From: a virus
Taxonomy: Duplodnaviria > Caudoviricetes
DNA length: 35,999 nt
Virus record (IMG/VR): IMGVR_UViG_3300042905_005823
Location: 1 to 35,999 of that record
Reading direction: 5' to 3' (one strand)
Each line of letters opens with the position of its first letter. The first letter of the stretch is position 1. This document shows positions 27,332-35,145 of the stretch, in pieces. The notes beneath the pieces were generated by a model. That model ran no database searches, was not told the origin of the DNA, and saw only the letters and a program-made list of their open reading frames with translations. Position numbers and translations under genes: made by a program.

Positions 27332-28712
27332 AATTCATCTTTTCTTTTATTGCTTTGTCTAATAAATTTTTCCTGACGGCATCCATTTCTCCATAATTTG
27401 GACTTGTACCTAAAAATTTAATATATTTTGGATTAGCGATCTTGTCTCCTGATTCGTCATCAATATATTTTTTTGTTACATTTGAATAATCTTGCTTGAA
27501 AACTTTATAATACAAATCACCTTTACCGAACAAATTCAGAAAATCATAAATTTTAGAATGTGGTAATCTTGTAGGCATTGTAAGAAAATCGTGAATAAGA
27601 TGTGTGTTATGTGTGTTTCCATTGCACCACACAGCTAATTTCATAAATCTGCTAATTTCTTCAGCATCTCCTTTGGAATAACCTTGAGTTAACAACAAAC
27701 TTTTTGTCATTTCTGGATTGTTAGGATAAAGAAGATACGCAGTTGTCATGATTTTATTGTTTGGTAAATCATTAATAATATTTGCGAAATTGCAATTAGG
27801 AAATAATTTGTTGAGTAATTTGGCATGTTGCAAGTTTTTTAAATATTGAGTTGGATCAACATCTAAATTGTCAATTGCTTTAACATAATAGTTTTTAATG
27901 ATTCTTCCATCAAATTCTGCTTCTTTAATAAAATGGTGCATAACATGTAAAAACTTATCAGGAATTTTTTTGTCATTTGAAAAACGACAACAAATATCAG
28001 CTAATCTGAATGGAAGGTAATGGTCTCTTTTAAATGTAGTTTCTGGGCTTTCTACAGTTGAAATTTCTCCAACTTTTAAATCATGTGCTCCACCAACAGG
28101 ATCAGTTAGTTCTCCGTTTTCTCCATCAGAATTTTTCAACTTCAAGTAAAGAGCATTAATTGTTATGTCTCTTGTAAATGCATCTTGATCGATGTTGTGA
28201 ACAAATTTAGCTTCTGTCGGAATTAAAAATCTATTTTTATTATTTTTGTTAAATGTGGAAATATAGGCTTTTTGGTTTCCTTTTTGGACAACTATTTCCA
28301 TGATGTTGTTTTTTGAATCGTGTCTTGCTGGGTAGTAGACAAGTTCTTTATCATCAAACTGATGGTCACCAAACACTTTTTTGAATGGTGTTTCGGAATT
28401 CTTTAAAATAAGTATAATCTCATCTGGAGTTGCATCGGTTGCAATATCAAAATTCTTGAATGTTTTTCCGCTTAAATGATCTCTTAATGTTCCACCAGTT
28501 AAATATATGCTTTTTCTTTTTAAAGTAGGTTGAATTGTACCTTTGCTTTTATCAAGTGTAGTATAACCTATTTTTACTTTATCGCTATTCTCAAACGCTT
28601 CTATAATTGGTTTGAGTAACGAATTATTTGCAGAATCTACTTTAAAAGGTCTAAAATTACTTGAACCTTTTACGTCTTTAAGTCTAATTTTAGATAATAA
28701 TTCTTCGCTCAT
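27321..28712 (-). CDS. Class II CCA-adding enzyme / poly(A) polymerase-fold protein, active site degenerate
   Basis: IYLTGGTLRDHLSG...NFDIATDATP (motif A), DAFTRDITINALY (motif B) and DPVGGAHDL (motif C) are recognisable; the DxD, RRD and EDxxR residues are substituted. Confidence 0.88.
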   Translation of the reverse strand: MSEELLSKIRLKDVKGSSNFRPFKVDSANNSLLKPIIEAFENSDKVKIGYTTLDKSKGTIQPTLKRKSIYLTGGTLRDHLSGKTFKNFDIATDATPDEIILILKNSETPFKKVFGDHQFDDKELVYYPARHDSKNNIMEIVVQKGNQKAYISTFNKNNKNRFLIPTEAKFVHNIDQDAFTRDITINALYLKLKNSDGENGELTDPVGGAHDLKVGEISTVESPETTFKRDHYLPFRLADICCRFSNDKKIPDKFLHVMHHFIKEAEFDGRIIKNYYVKAIDNLDVDPTQYLKNLQHAKLLNKLFPNCNFANIINDLPNNKIMTTAYLLYPNNPEMTKSLLLTQGYSKGDAEEISRFMKLAVWCNGNTHNTHLIHDFLTMPTRLPHSKIYDFLNLFGKGDLYYKVFKQDYSNVTKKYIDDESGDKIANPKYIKFLGTSPNYGEMDAVRKNLLDKAIKEKMNYGS

Positions 28713-29119
28713 TTTTGTATTCCTATAGCATATAAAATGTATCCGACAGTTATTGGAAGCACAATGTTATAGATAGTTATCCATCCATTATACAATAAAG
28801 TAAACATATTTTTCACATTTGATTCAGCGCCAATTTTACATTTATATAAATATTCATGTCCATTTTCAAGATTATAAATTCTATCAATCATGTTATCAAT
28901 GTTGTCAACAAGCTTTTCCAGTTTGTCTTCAAAAAGTATGATTTTAGTATGCAATTCTATATGTTTGTCAATAATTTTTTCAAATTTATTATCTAATTTA
29001 TCTTGGTTTTCCAGCATGATTTTAACTCTTTCATCAACTCTTGATGTTGAGTCATAAAGAATTTGTACTTTCTTTTCCAGATTGTCATCATCTGGATTAT
29101 TTTTTTTTCCAGTAACCAT
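28709..29119 (-). CDS. Coiled-coil protein with C-terminal transmembrane helix (holin/XhlA-like architecture)
   Basis: Heptad-rich N-terminus (SRVDERVK..LENQDKLD) and hydrophobic C-terminus WITIYNIVLPITVGYILYAIG; function is inferred only. Confidence 0.6.
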   Translation of the reverse strand: MVTGKKNNPDDDNLEKKVQILYDSTSRVDERVKIMLENQDKLDNKFEKIIDKHIELHTKIILFEDKLEKLVDNIDNMIDRIYNLENGHEYLYKCKIGAESNVKNMFTLLYNGWITIYNIVLPITVGYILYAIGIQK

Positions 29120-29160
29120 ATTTATATATATTATTTTGTTGTTAAATTGTAAATAATAAC
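29120..29160. promoter_or_regulatory. Divergent AT-rich promoter region with T4 late-like TA(A/T)ATA elements
   Basis: 41-bp gap at the strand switch. TGTAAATA at 29148-29155 (+) lies 5 nt before an ATG; AATATATA/TATAAATA at 29119-29132 (-). Confidence 0.5.
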
Positions 29161-29607
29161 ATGAAAAACAAATCGATCATTCCGCCAGTGTCTGTTATAT
29201 TGCCTTCTTCTGAAGGTAGCACGATTGTAAGTGATGAGCAGTTGATGGGACTTTATGGTGAAATTTTAGAAGATTTGCGTAGTGATCGCAAGGAAGTGGA
29301 TGCTATTTTATCAAATTTTGTTGAAATGGTTATGAATGAAGGTGATTCGACATCAGCTTCAAAGGAAGCTTTGGTCAATTTGGCAAAATTAAAATCAGAG
29401 ATTGCAATTGGTAAAAGCAAAATTGCAGATCTTATGACCTCTTTGAAAATTAAAGAGAGACATGTTTCTAAAATTAATGCCACTCAAAATAATAATATAA
29501 CAATAACCGATAGAAGAAATTTGATTGAAACGATAAATAAATTAACAAACGATAAGGAAGAACAAGATGATGAGTTTGATCAATCTTCAAAATTGGCTAA
29601 TGAGTGA
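29161..29607 (+). CDS. Hypothetical helical protein, possible terminase small subunit (T4 gp16-like)
   Basis: 148 aa with two long helices then TQNNNITITDRRNLIETI, reminiscent of the gp16 C-terminal strand-helix; no large terminase nearby to corroborate. Confidence 0.45.
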   Translation: MKNKSIIPPVSVILPSSEGSTIVSDEQLMGLYGEILEDLRSDRKEVDAILSNFVEMVMNEGDSTSASKEALVNLAKLKSEIAIGKSKIADLMTSLKIKERHVSKINATQNNNITITDRRNLIETINKLTNDKEEQDDEFDQSSKLANE

Positions 29608-30835
29608 GCAAGAAAATCCAGCAGGACCACCTGATTCTTTTATGGGATCAGATCCGACAAGTCTTGCTCCTCAGTCATATGATAAAACAACACAATTAAG
29701 TGTTCCAAAAGTTAAATCTCCTATGGAACAACCAAATATTCAGGAACCAAGAGAACCTGATATGCCCAAAGATTCTAAAATATCTGATTTTAGTTCTTGG
29801 AAAAATAAGTTTTTTAAAGAGAGCATCAAGAACGATGTTGGCACTTTACTTCAAATGATTAATAACGTCAGAGAAGGAGAACTTTCCACCTATCAGAAAA
29901 AGTTTGTAGAAGATAATCTTCAAATTGTTTTCTTAAGGCAAAATTCTAATATTAATAAAGCATCTGGTGAAATGCGCAAAAAAATTAGAGAAGATCTCGA
30001 TATGGCTAATCCGGGCGTTTCTCTGTCAAATCATTTTTCATCCACATTGTCATCAATGCCAGAATTAATAAATACATTTATTAGAATATCTGGCTATTAT
30101 AGCAATAAAGCAGATCTTCATAGGAAGTACATTGCATCTTTACTTGGAGCAATTCAAGTGGGTTCTGGAGCGCAACAAGAAGATATAGTTTATAATGAAA
30201 AAACTTTTTCAATTAGAATATCAACTAGATTTAATAGTAAATTTGGACTTGTTGATGTAGGCAGGTGGTCATTGCAACAAGATGATCCAGAAAAGTATCT
30301 TGCTGATGCTGAATTAGAAAAACTTGATAGTGGCGCACCAGAAGAGAAAAGAGTTTTAAGGCATAGAATTATTGTCGAATCAATTGCAACTTCATTTGAA
30401 AAAAGAGTTTTTATTGTTAATGTGTTAGCCGATAATGGAACACTTTATTTTGTTGGCATGGATATTTCTAACATTCTCAGAAGCGGATATGATAGCGGCG
30501 TTTTCACAGTTTCTACATTCCAAAATGATGCTTCAGAAGCACTATTTGACTCCGATGGTAATCTCACAACTCTTCAAGATATTAAAATACAATATCAAAA
30601 AGAAAGCGGAGAAATGGACGAAAATGGTAACCCTCTTAAAGATAGAACTGAATTTCTTGTCAAAAGAGACGGAATTCTATTTGTGAATGCTTCCCTAGAA
30701 ACATTGATGGATGCATCCGGTAGTGTCAATGGTTTAAGTGTCAAAGAACTACCATATAATGGAAATCCAAGCGACTTGGTCAATTTGACCAGATGTGTTG
30801 CTAGCGTACCAGAACAAATACTTCGCAACTGCTAA
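29567..30835 (+). CDS. Hypothetical protein (422 aa)
   Basis: Long ORF with a Pro-rich disordered N-terminus and globular remainder; AAGGAAG upstream; no family recognised. Confidence 0.85.
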   Translation: MMSLINLQNWLMSEQENPAGPPDSFMGSDPTSLAPQSYDKTTQLSVPKVKSPMEQPNIQEPREPDMPKDSKISDFSSWKNKFFKESIKNDVGTLLQMINNVREGELSTYQKKFVEDNLQIVFLRQNSNINKASGEMRKKIREDLDMANPGVSLSNHFSSTLSSMPELINTFIRISGYYSNKADLHRKYIASLLGAIQVGSGAQQEDIVYNEKTFSIRISTRFNSKFGLVDVGRWSLQQDDPEKYLADAELEKLDSGAPEEKRVLRHRIIVESIATSFEKRVFIVNVLADNGTLYFVGMDISNILRSGYDSGVFTVSTFQNDASEALFDSDGNLTTLQDIKIQYQKESGEMDENGNPLKDRTEFLVKRDGILFVNASLETLMDASGSVNGLSVKELPYNGNPSDLVNLTRCVASVPEQILRNC

Positions 30836-30856
30836 TAGAATATAAGGAAAAATATC

Positions 30857-31354
30857 ATGTTATTTAAAGAATATGTTAATCGTGATAAAACAATGACAAA
30901 GAAAAGATTACTTCTTTTAATGTATTCTTTGGAAAAAGATGGTCTACGAGTTGAAGATTTTACACACGAAGATAAACCTTATATTTTTGTCTACGCTTAT
31001 CCAGTTGCCACAACATTTGAGGGTGTAAGATTTTGCATGCATGGAGATATTCTTGCCTTTCAGACGGCAAAGAAACCTGATACACAACCTTATGGTGAAG
31101 CGTATGAACTTGATTTACAAGCAATGGTAATCGATATATTTAATAACGAAAAAAATAAAACAGAAAAACATATTACTAATATGCTTCTTAGCCTTATTGG
31201 CAGAGAACTAAGAGATCATTTCAAAAAAGCCAAAGCAGCTGAAGAATATGTTTTGACTGGACAAGTAGGTGACGGTAAGAGCGCATCAGGACAAATTGTT
31301 ATTAGAAATAATGGAACTGATTATGCAAACACAGTTCTTAGTAAATGGAATTAA
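30857..31354 (+). CDS. Hypothetical protein (165 aa)
   Basis: AAGGA ribosome-binding site upstream; begins MLFKEY. Confidence 0.85.
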   Translation: MLFKEYVNRDKTMTKKRLLLLMYSLEKDGLRVEDFTHEDKPYIFVYAYPVATTFEGVRFCMHGDILAFQTAKKPDTQPYGEAYELDLQAMVIDIFNNEKNKTEKHITNMLLSLIGRELRDHFKKAKAAEEYVLTGQVGDGKSASGQIVIRNNGTDYANTVLSKWN

Positions 31355-31394
31355 AAATATAAATTTTAATTATTGCTAACGAGTAAACCTGAAG

Positions 31395-32246
31395 ATGATT
31401 AATGTGAAAAATGTATCATTTGATTCGTGGTACAATCAATTGAAAAACAAACAAGTTGTCATTCCAAATAAAGGAATAGGAGATATAATAATAAGTTCTA
31501 ATTATGCAAAATATGCTGAATGTGGAATTCTCTATTTTGAAACATTTTTAGATTACAGAAACAAATTCATCAAAGAATATTGCACTTCAATGAATCTTCC
31601 CTTTTATGTAACAACAGAGCAAAAAAGATCAATTATACTTAATAACAATCAATATAAAAAAATAATTCAATTTGATATACCTAAACTGTTTAACGATAAA
31701 AACAAAGACGATAAGCTAAGTAACATTTTTACACAAAATCATGGTTTTGTAAAGAATACAGATGAAAAGAATGTGCTAATATGCCCTATGGGATCACAAG
31801 ACAGCAAAATCGCAAACTTTAAAAGACACATATTCAAAAATCATTTAGAAAAAATAATTGACTTGCTATTAAACAAAAATTTTAAAGTTTTTCTTGTTGG
31901 GATAGAAAAAGATATAAAAGAATATGGTTTTTACAAAAACATTAAATGGATAAATACTAATCACATAATACATGATGAGAAGAATAAAGAAGAAATAGAT
32001 ATAAAAAAATTTATGCAGTTTACAGTTAATGCAACATTTACAATATCAGCTGCAACATTCTTTCCAATTTTATCAAGTATGTTTAATATTCCAACATTAG
32101 TAATAAGAAGATATGATGCGTTTAACCATCCAATGTATGAAAACAATAATGATTTTTCTAATTTTTTCTATAACACAAAATGGTATAAAAGCTTGCGATT
32201 AGTTACTTATGAAGAAGTTTATGATCATTTAAACAAAATTAGATAG
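31395..32246 (+). CDS. Putative GT-B glycosyltransferase, GT9 (heptosyltransferase)-like
   Basis: N-terminal GIGDIII, then VLICPMGS...KR...IIDLL...VFLVG and ATFTISAAT...LSSMFNIPTLVI follow the GT9 layout; divergent. Confidence 0.65.
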   Translation: MINVKNVSFDSWYNQLKNKQVVIPNKGIGDIIISSNYAKYAECGILYFETFLDYRNKFIKEYCTSMNLPFYVTTEQKRSIILNNNQYKKIIQFDIPKLFNDKNKDDKLSNIFTQNHGFVKNTDEKNVLICPMGSQDSKIANFKRHIFKNHLEKIIDLLLNKNFKVFLVGIEKDIKEYGFYKNIKWINTNHIIHDEKNKEEIDIKKFMQFTVNATFTISAATFFPILSSMFNIPTLVIRRYDAFNHPMYENNNDFSNFFYNTKWYKSLRLVTYEEVYDHLNKIR

Positions 32247-32289
32247 AATATTATATACATTAATTAAGAATAAGGATATTGCGCTTAAC

Positions 32290-32901
32290 ATGATAAAAAA
32301 TAAAAAATTAGAAACTTATGAATTTAATCAATTGTTTAATATTATTTTTTTAAATTTTAATAAAAATTGCTTGATGGGTAAAGAAAAAACAAGGTTTCTG
32401 TATCAACAGTTAATGTCTATTGAAAAAAAATGCAGAACTGCCGAAATTGGTGTTTTTCAAGGATTTTCTTCAAAAATTATTGCTCTTTGTAATGGTGGGA
32501 AAGAACATTATTGTTATGATACTTTTTGCGGTGTGACAAAATCAGATTCTAGTATAGATAAACATATTGATGGGGATTTTAACTACCCTTTGGAAAAAGT
32601 ACAACGAAATATCAATTTGAATAATGTAATATACAAAAAAGGCATTTTTCCCGAAACATTTGATGAAGGAAATTTAGAATTTTCTTTTGTGCATAGCGAT
32701 ACTGATACTTATTTTGGGACCAAATCTTCATTAGACTGTTTTTCAAAAATTATGTGCGAAAACGGTAAAATATTGTTTGATGATTATAAATGGAGATATT
32801 GTCCCGGTGTGGAAAAAGCAATATCTGAATTTTTATTATCAAATAAAAATTATAACTCACAAGTTAACGGAAATCAATGCGTTTTAACTAGAATTTCATA
32901 A
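32290..32901 (+). CDS. TylF/MycF/NovP-family sugar O-methyltransferase
   Basis: AEIGVFQG.S, YDTFCG, KGIFPETF, FSFVHSDTDTY and ILFDDY...CPGVEKAI motifs. Confidence 0.88.
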   Translation: MIKNKKLETYEFNQLFNIIFLNFNKNCLMGKEKTRFLYQQLMSIEKKCRTAEIGVFQGFSSKIIALCNGGKEHYCYDTFCGVTKSDSSIDKHIDGDFNYPLEKVQRNINLNNVIYKKGIFPETFDEGNLEFSFVHSDTDTYFGTKSSLDCFSKIMCENGKILFDDYKWRYCPGVEKAISEFLLSNKNYNSQVNGNQCVLTRIS

Positions 32902-32902
32902 A

Positions 32903-32941
32903 GTAAAGCAGGATACTAATATCCTGCTTTACCATTTTTTT
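32903..32941. terminator. Rho-independent terminator between convergent genes
   Basis: Perfect 13-bp stem GTAAAGCAGGATA / TATCCTGCTTTAC with loop CTAA, followed by a T run; lies between the stops at 32901 (+) and 32944 (-). Confidence 0.85.
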
Positions 32942-32943
32942 GC

Positions 32944-33072
32944 TTAGCCAATAATCATACTTTTAATTTTTGAAACAATCATGTCATAAACCATCTTAAC
33001 CCACATAGGCTGAGGAAGAAGGTTCCATCCAACGATTAAACCACAACCGAACCAAAACATTGCATCCATCAT
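32944..33072 (-). CDS. Small membrane protein (42 aa), absent from the ORF track
   Basis: MMDAMFWFGCGLIVGWNLLPQPMWVKMVYDMIVSKIKSMIIG; strong GGAGGTG Shine-Dalgarno 5 nt upstream and a terminator directly downstream. Confidence 0.85.
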   Translation of the reverse strand: MMDAMFWFGCGLIVGWNLLPQPMWVKMVYDMIVSKIKSMIIG

Positions 33073-33311
33073 GGTATCACCTCCAATAGTATATATCCAT
33101 AATATTTTAAATTATATATTTATCCAATTATCTCACTGTATGTGGAAATTACAAACTTTATTACTGTTGGCAGTATTTTAAGCGTTGTTTAACCTACGAA
33201 TAATGCCATGAGAATCGTTTTTTTATTTAAATGCTAGTTAGAGTCAACTCGATAAGATAATTCATTAACGGTGCCATTATTCAATAAAAATTTTATTATG
33301 TAGACAATTGA

Positions 33312-33587
33312 CTATGTGCATTCGACTAGTTTTGTGACACCATCTTCTACTACTTCTATGTATTCTCGCCAACTTAAGCTTTTGTGTCTTCTTATAATCT
33401 TTATTTGACCAGCATGAACTTTTCTGTGACAATTGCTACACAAAAGAACACAATTTTCATGATCATATTTTCCTTTATTTTCACCTTCTAGTATTCTGTG
33501 TATGTCTAATGTGGCAAGATTATTTTCTCCACATAAGACACATTTTCCTCTAGATAGTTTGTATGTTTTTTTATTTTTTATTCTCAT
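33312..33587 (-). CDS. Small HNH endonuclease
   Basis: CVLC...LDIHRI...GKYDHENCVLLCSNCHRKVH zinc-binding HNH motif. Confidence 0.88.
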   Translation of the reverse strand: MRIKNKKTYKLSRGKCVLCGENNLATLDIHRILEGENKGKYDHENCVLLCSNCHRKVHAGQIKIIRRHKSLSWREYIEVVEDGVTKLVECT

Positions 33588-33630
33588 GTTTTAACTAAAT
33601 AATTATAGACAATTTATTTATTGAGGTATT

Positions 33631-34575
33631 ATGAAAATAGATTTAATTAATTTGGTTAATAGCATACAAGATAAATTAAACGATCTTAAAGTCAAGATAG
33701 ATAGTTTGCCAAACGACCAAAATTTTATGAATCTTAAAAATGAAAATGTTTCTATTGTGCAGCAAACTATTGTACAGCAAACTATTCAGCAGCAAGCAAT
33801 TGATGTTCAAAAGCAGTTGGAAGATTTTATTAGCAATCCGCAATGGGTTGCAGCTGTACCACCTGATCTTATGTGTGATGAAAATAACAATGAAGATAAG
33901 ATGGAACGTGCTAGAGGCATAAGAGATATATTTTACCCAAATTATTCGTTTGAAAATAAGAGAATTTTAGATTTTGGTGCTGGTTATGGACATTTAGTTA
34001 AAGCTGTTTCTGAGAATAATCCTGCAATAGTTGTTGGGTATGACATAAAAAATGATTTTCAAATTGATTCTAACGATAAAATGAAATTTACAACATCTTG
34101 GGATGATGTTCTAAAAAATGGTCCATATGATTTGATATATATTTATGATGTTATTGACCATATTGTAGACGATAGACCGGAACAATTTCTTTCTAAGGTA
34201 AGGTTATTGTTATCTGATAATGGCGTAGCAAGAATGAGATGTCATCCTTTTATAGGAAGACATGGCGGACATGCTTATACTAAAGTAAATAAATCTTATG
34301 CTCACTTGGCTTTAACAAAAGAAGAATTAATTGCGCTAGGATGCGACTTGAAAAATTACCCAACATTAAAAGTGCTAACCCCGATTATGACTTATAATAA
34401 ATTTATTGTAAGTTCTGGATTAAAAATAATTGATCAAAAAACTATTTCTGAACCAGCTGAAAAATTCTTCTTGGAAGGAGATGTTGGAAATAAAATTAAA
34501 GTAAACCTGAATATTAAAAACTTATTAATCCCTCAAATGAGTATACAATTCTGCGATTATACGTTAACTAAATAA
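33631..34575 (+). CDS. Class I SAM-dependent methyltransferase with N-terminal coiled coil
   Basis: ILDFGAGYG (motif I), VVGYDI, YDLIYIYDVIDHI, LLSDNG; GAGG ribosome-binding site. Confidence 0.88.
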   Translation: MKIDLINLVNSIQDKLNDLKVKIDSLPNDQNFMNLKNENVSIVQQTIVQQTIQQQAIDVQKQLEDFISNPQWVAAVPPDLMCDENNNEDKMERARGIRDIFYPNYSFENKRILDFGAGYGHLVKAVSENNPAIVVGYDIKNDFQIDSNDKMKFTTSWDDVLKNGPYDLIYIYDVIDHIVDDRPEQFLSKVRLLLSDNGVARMRCHPFIGRHGGHAYTKVNKSYAHLALTKEELIALGCDLKNYPTLKVLTPIMTYNKFIVSSGLKIIDQKTISEPAEKFFLEGDVGNKIKVNLNIKNLLIPQMSIQFCDYTLTK

Positions 34576-34619
34576 ATCCTTATGTTGAAATAGTATATAT
34601 TTCAATATAAGGAGAATTC

Positions 34620-35144
34620 ATGGCTAATGTTACTGCCGGTTTCGGCGTACAAATATTTGATAATACTTACACTGGTGGAGCAAGCGACAAAATCGCCAGT
34701 GTCGCTAGTGGAAGAATTTTAGTTGAAACTGGCAATCTTAACATACAAGGCTTAGCCAGCGGAACACCTGTTATTACAACAGAAACAGAGATATCTGACG
34801 ATGTAATAACATCTTACGGCACTTCGGAAAATGTTTCTTCTACAACAAGTTCAGTAGTTTCGTACTATAACATATCCAGTGAAAAAACATTTTATTTAAA
34901 AGAAATAATTGCTAGCGCATCTTCTGGTCCTGTCAAAGTAATTGTAGAATACGCTGCTGCTTCAACCGGAGCAGCATCAGGTACTTATGCTGTTGGATTT
35001 TTTTCCTCAGCAAACCCAACACTAACAATTCCATTTTATCAACCAATCGCCATCAGTGGTCCTCTTTACATAAGAGTTACCATGAAAAATGATTCAGCAT
35101 TTACGCAAGATCTTTATTCAACCATTATTGGAAGATTAATATAA
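34620..35144 (+). CDS. Hypothetical beta-rich protein, probably virion-associated (174 aa)
   Basis: AAGGAG ribosome-binding site; Ser/Thr/Gly/Ala-rich beta-strand composition. Confidence 0.75.
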   Translation: MANVTAGFGVQIFDNTYTGGASDKIASVASGRILVETGNLNIQGLASGTPVITTETEISDDVITSYGTSENVSSTTSSVVSYYNISSEKTFYLKEIIASASSGPVKVIVEYAAASTGAASGTYAVGFFSSANPTLTIPFYQPIAISGPLYIRVTMKNDSAFTQDLYSTIIGRLI

Positions 35145-35145
35145 A

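Noticed and set aside
27321-28712. Calling this gene a functional cca or a pseudogene
   Set aside because: Catalytic motifs are substituted, so function cannot be assumed, but the frame is intact and overlaps both neighbours, so it is not a disrupted gene.
33073-33311. tRNA, intron or small ORF in the intergenic gap
   Set aside because: No cloverleaf, strong hairpin or ORF with a ribosome-binding site was found by eye; the minus-strand frames I translated are interrupted by stops.
33752-33798. 15-bp triplication encoding IVQQT-IVQQT-IQQQA in the methyltransferase
   Set aside because: A short in-frame slippage in a low-complexity linker with no sign of separate function.
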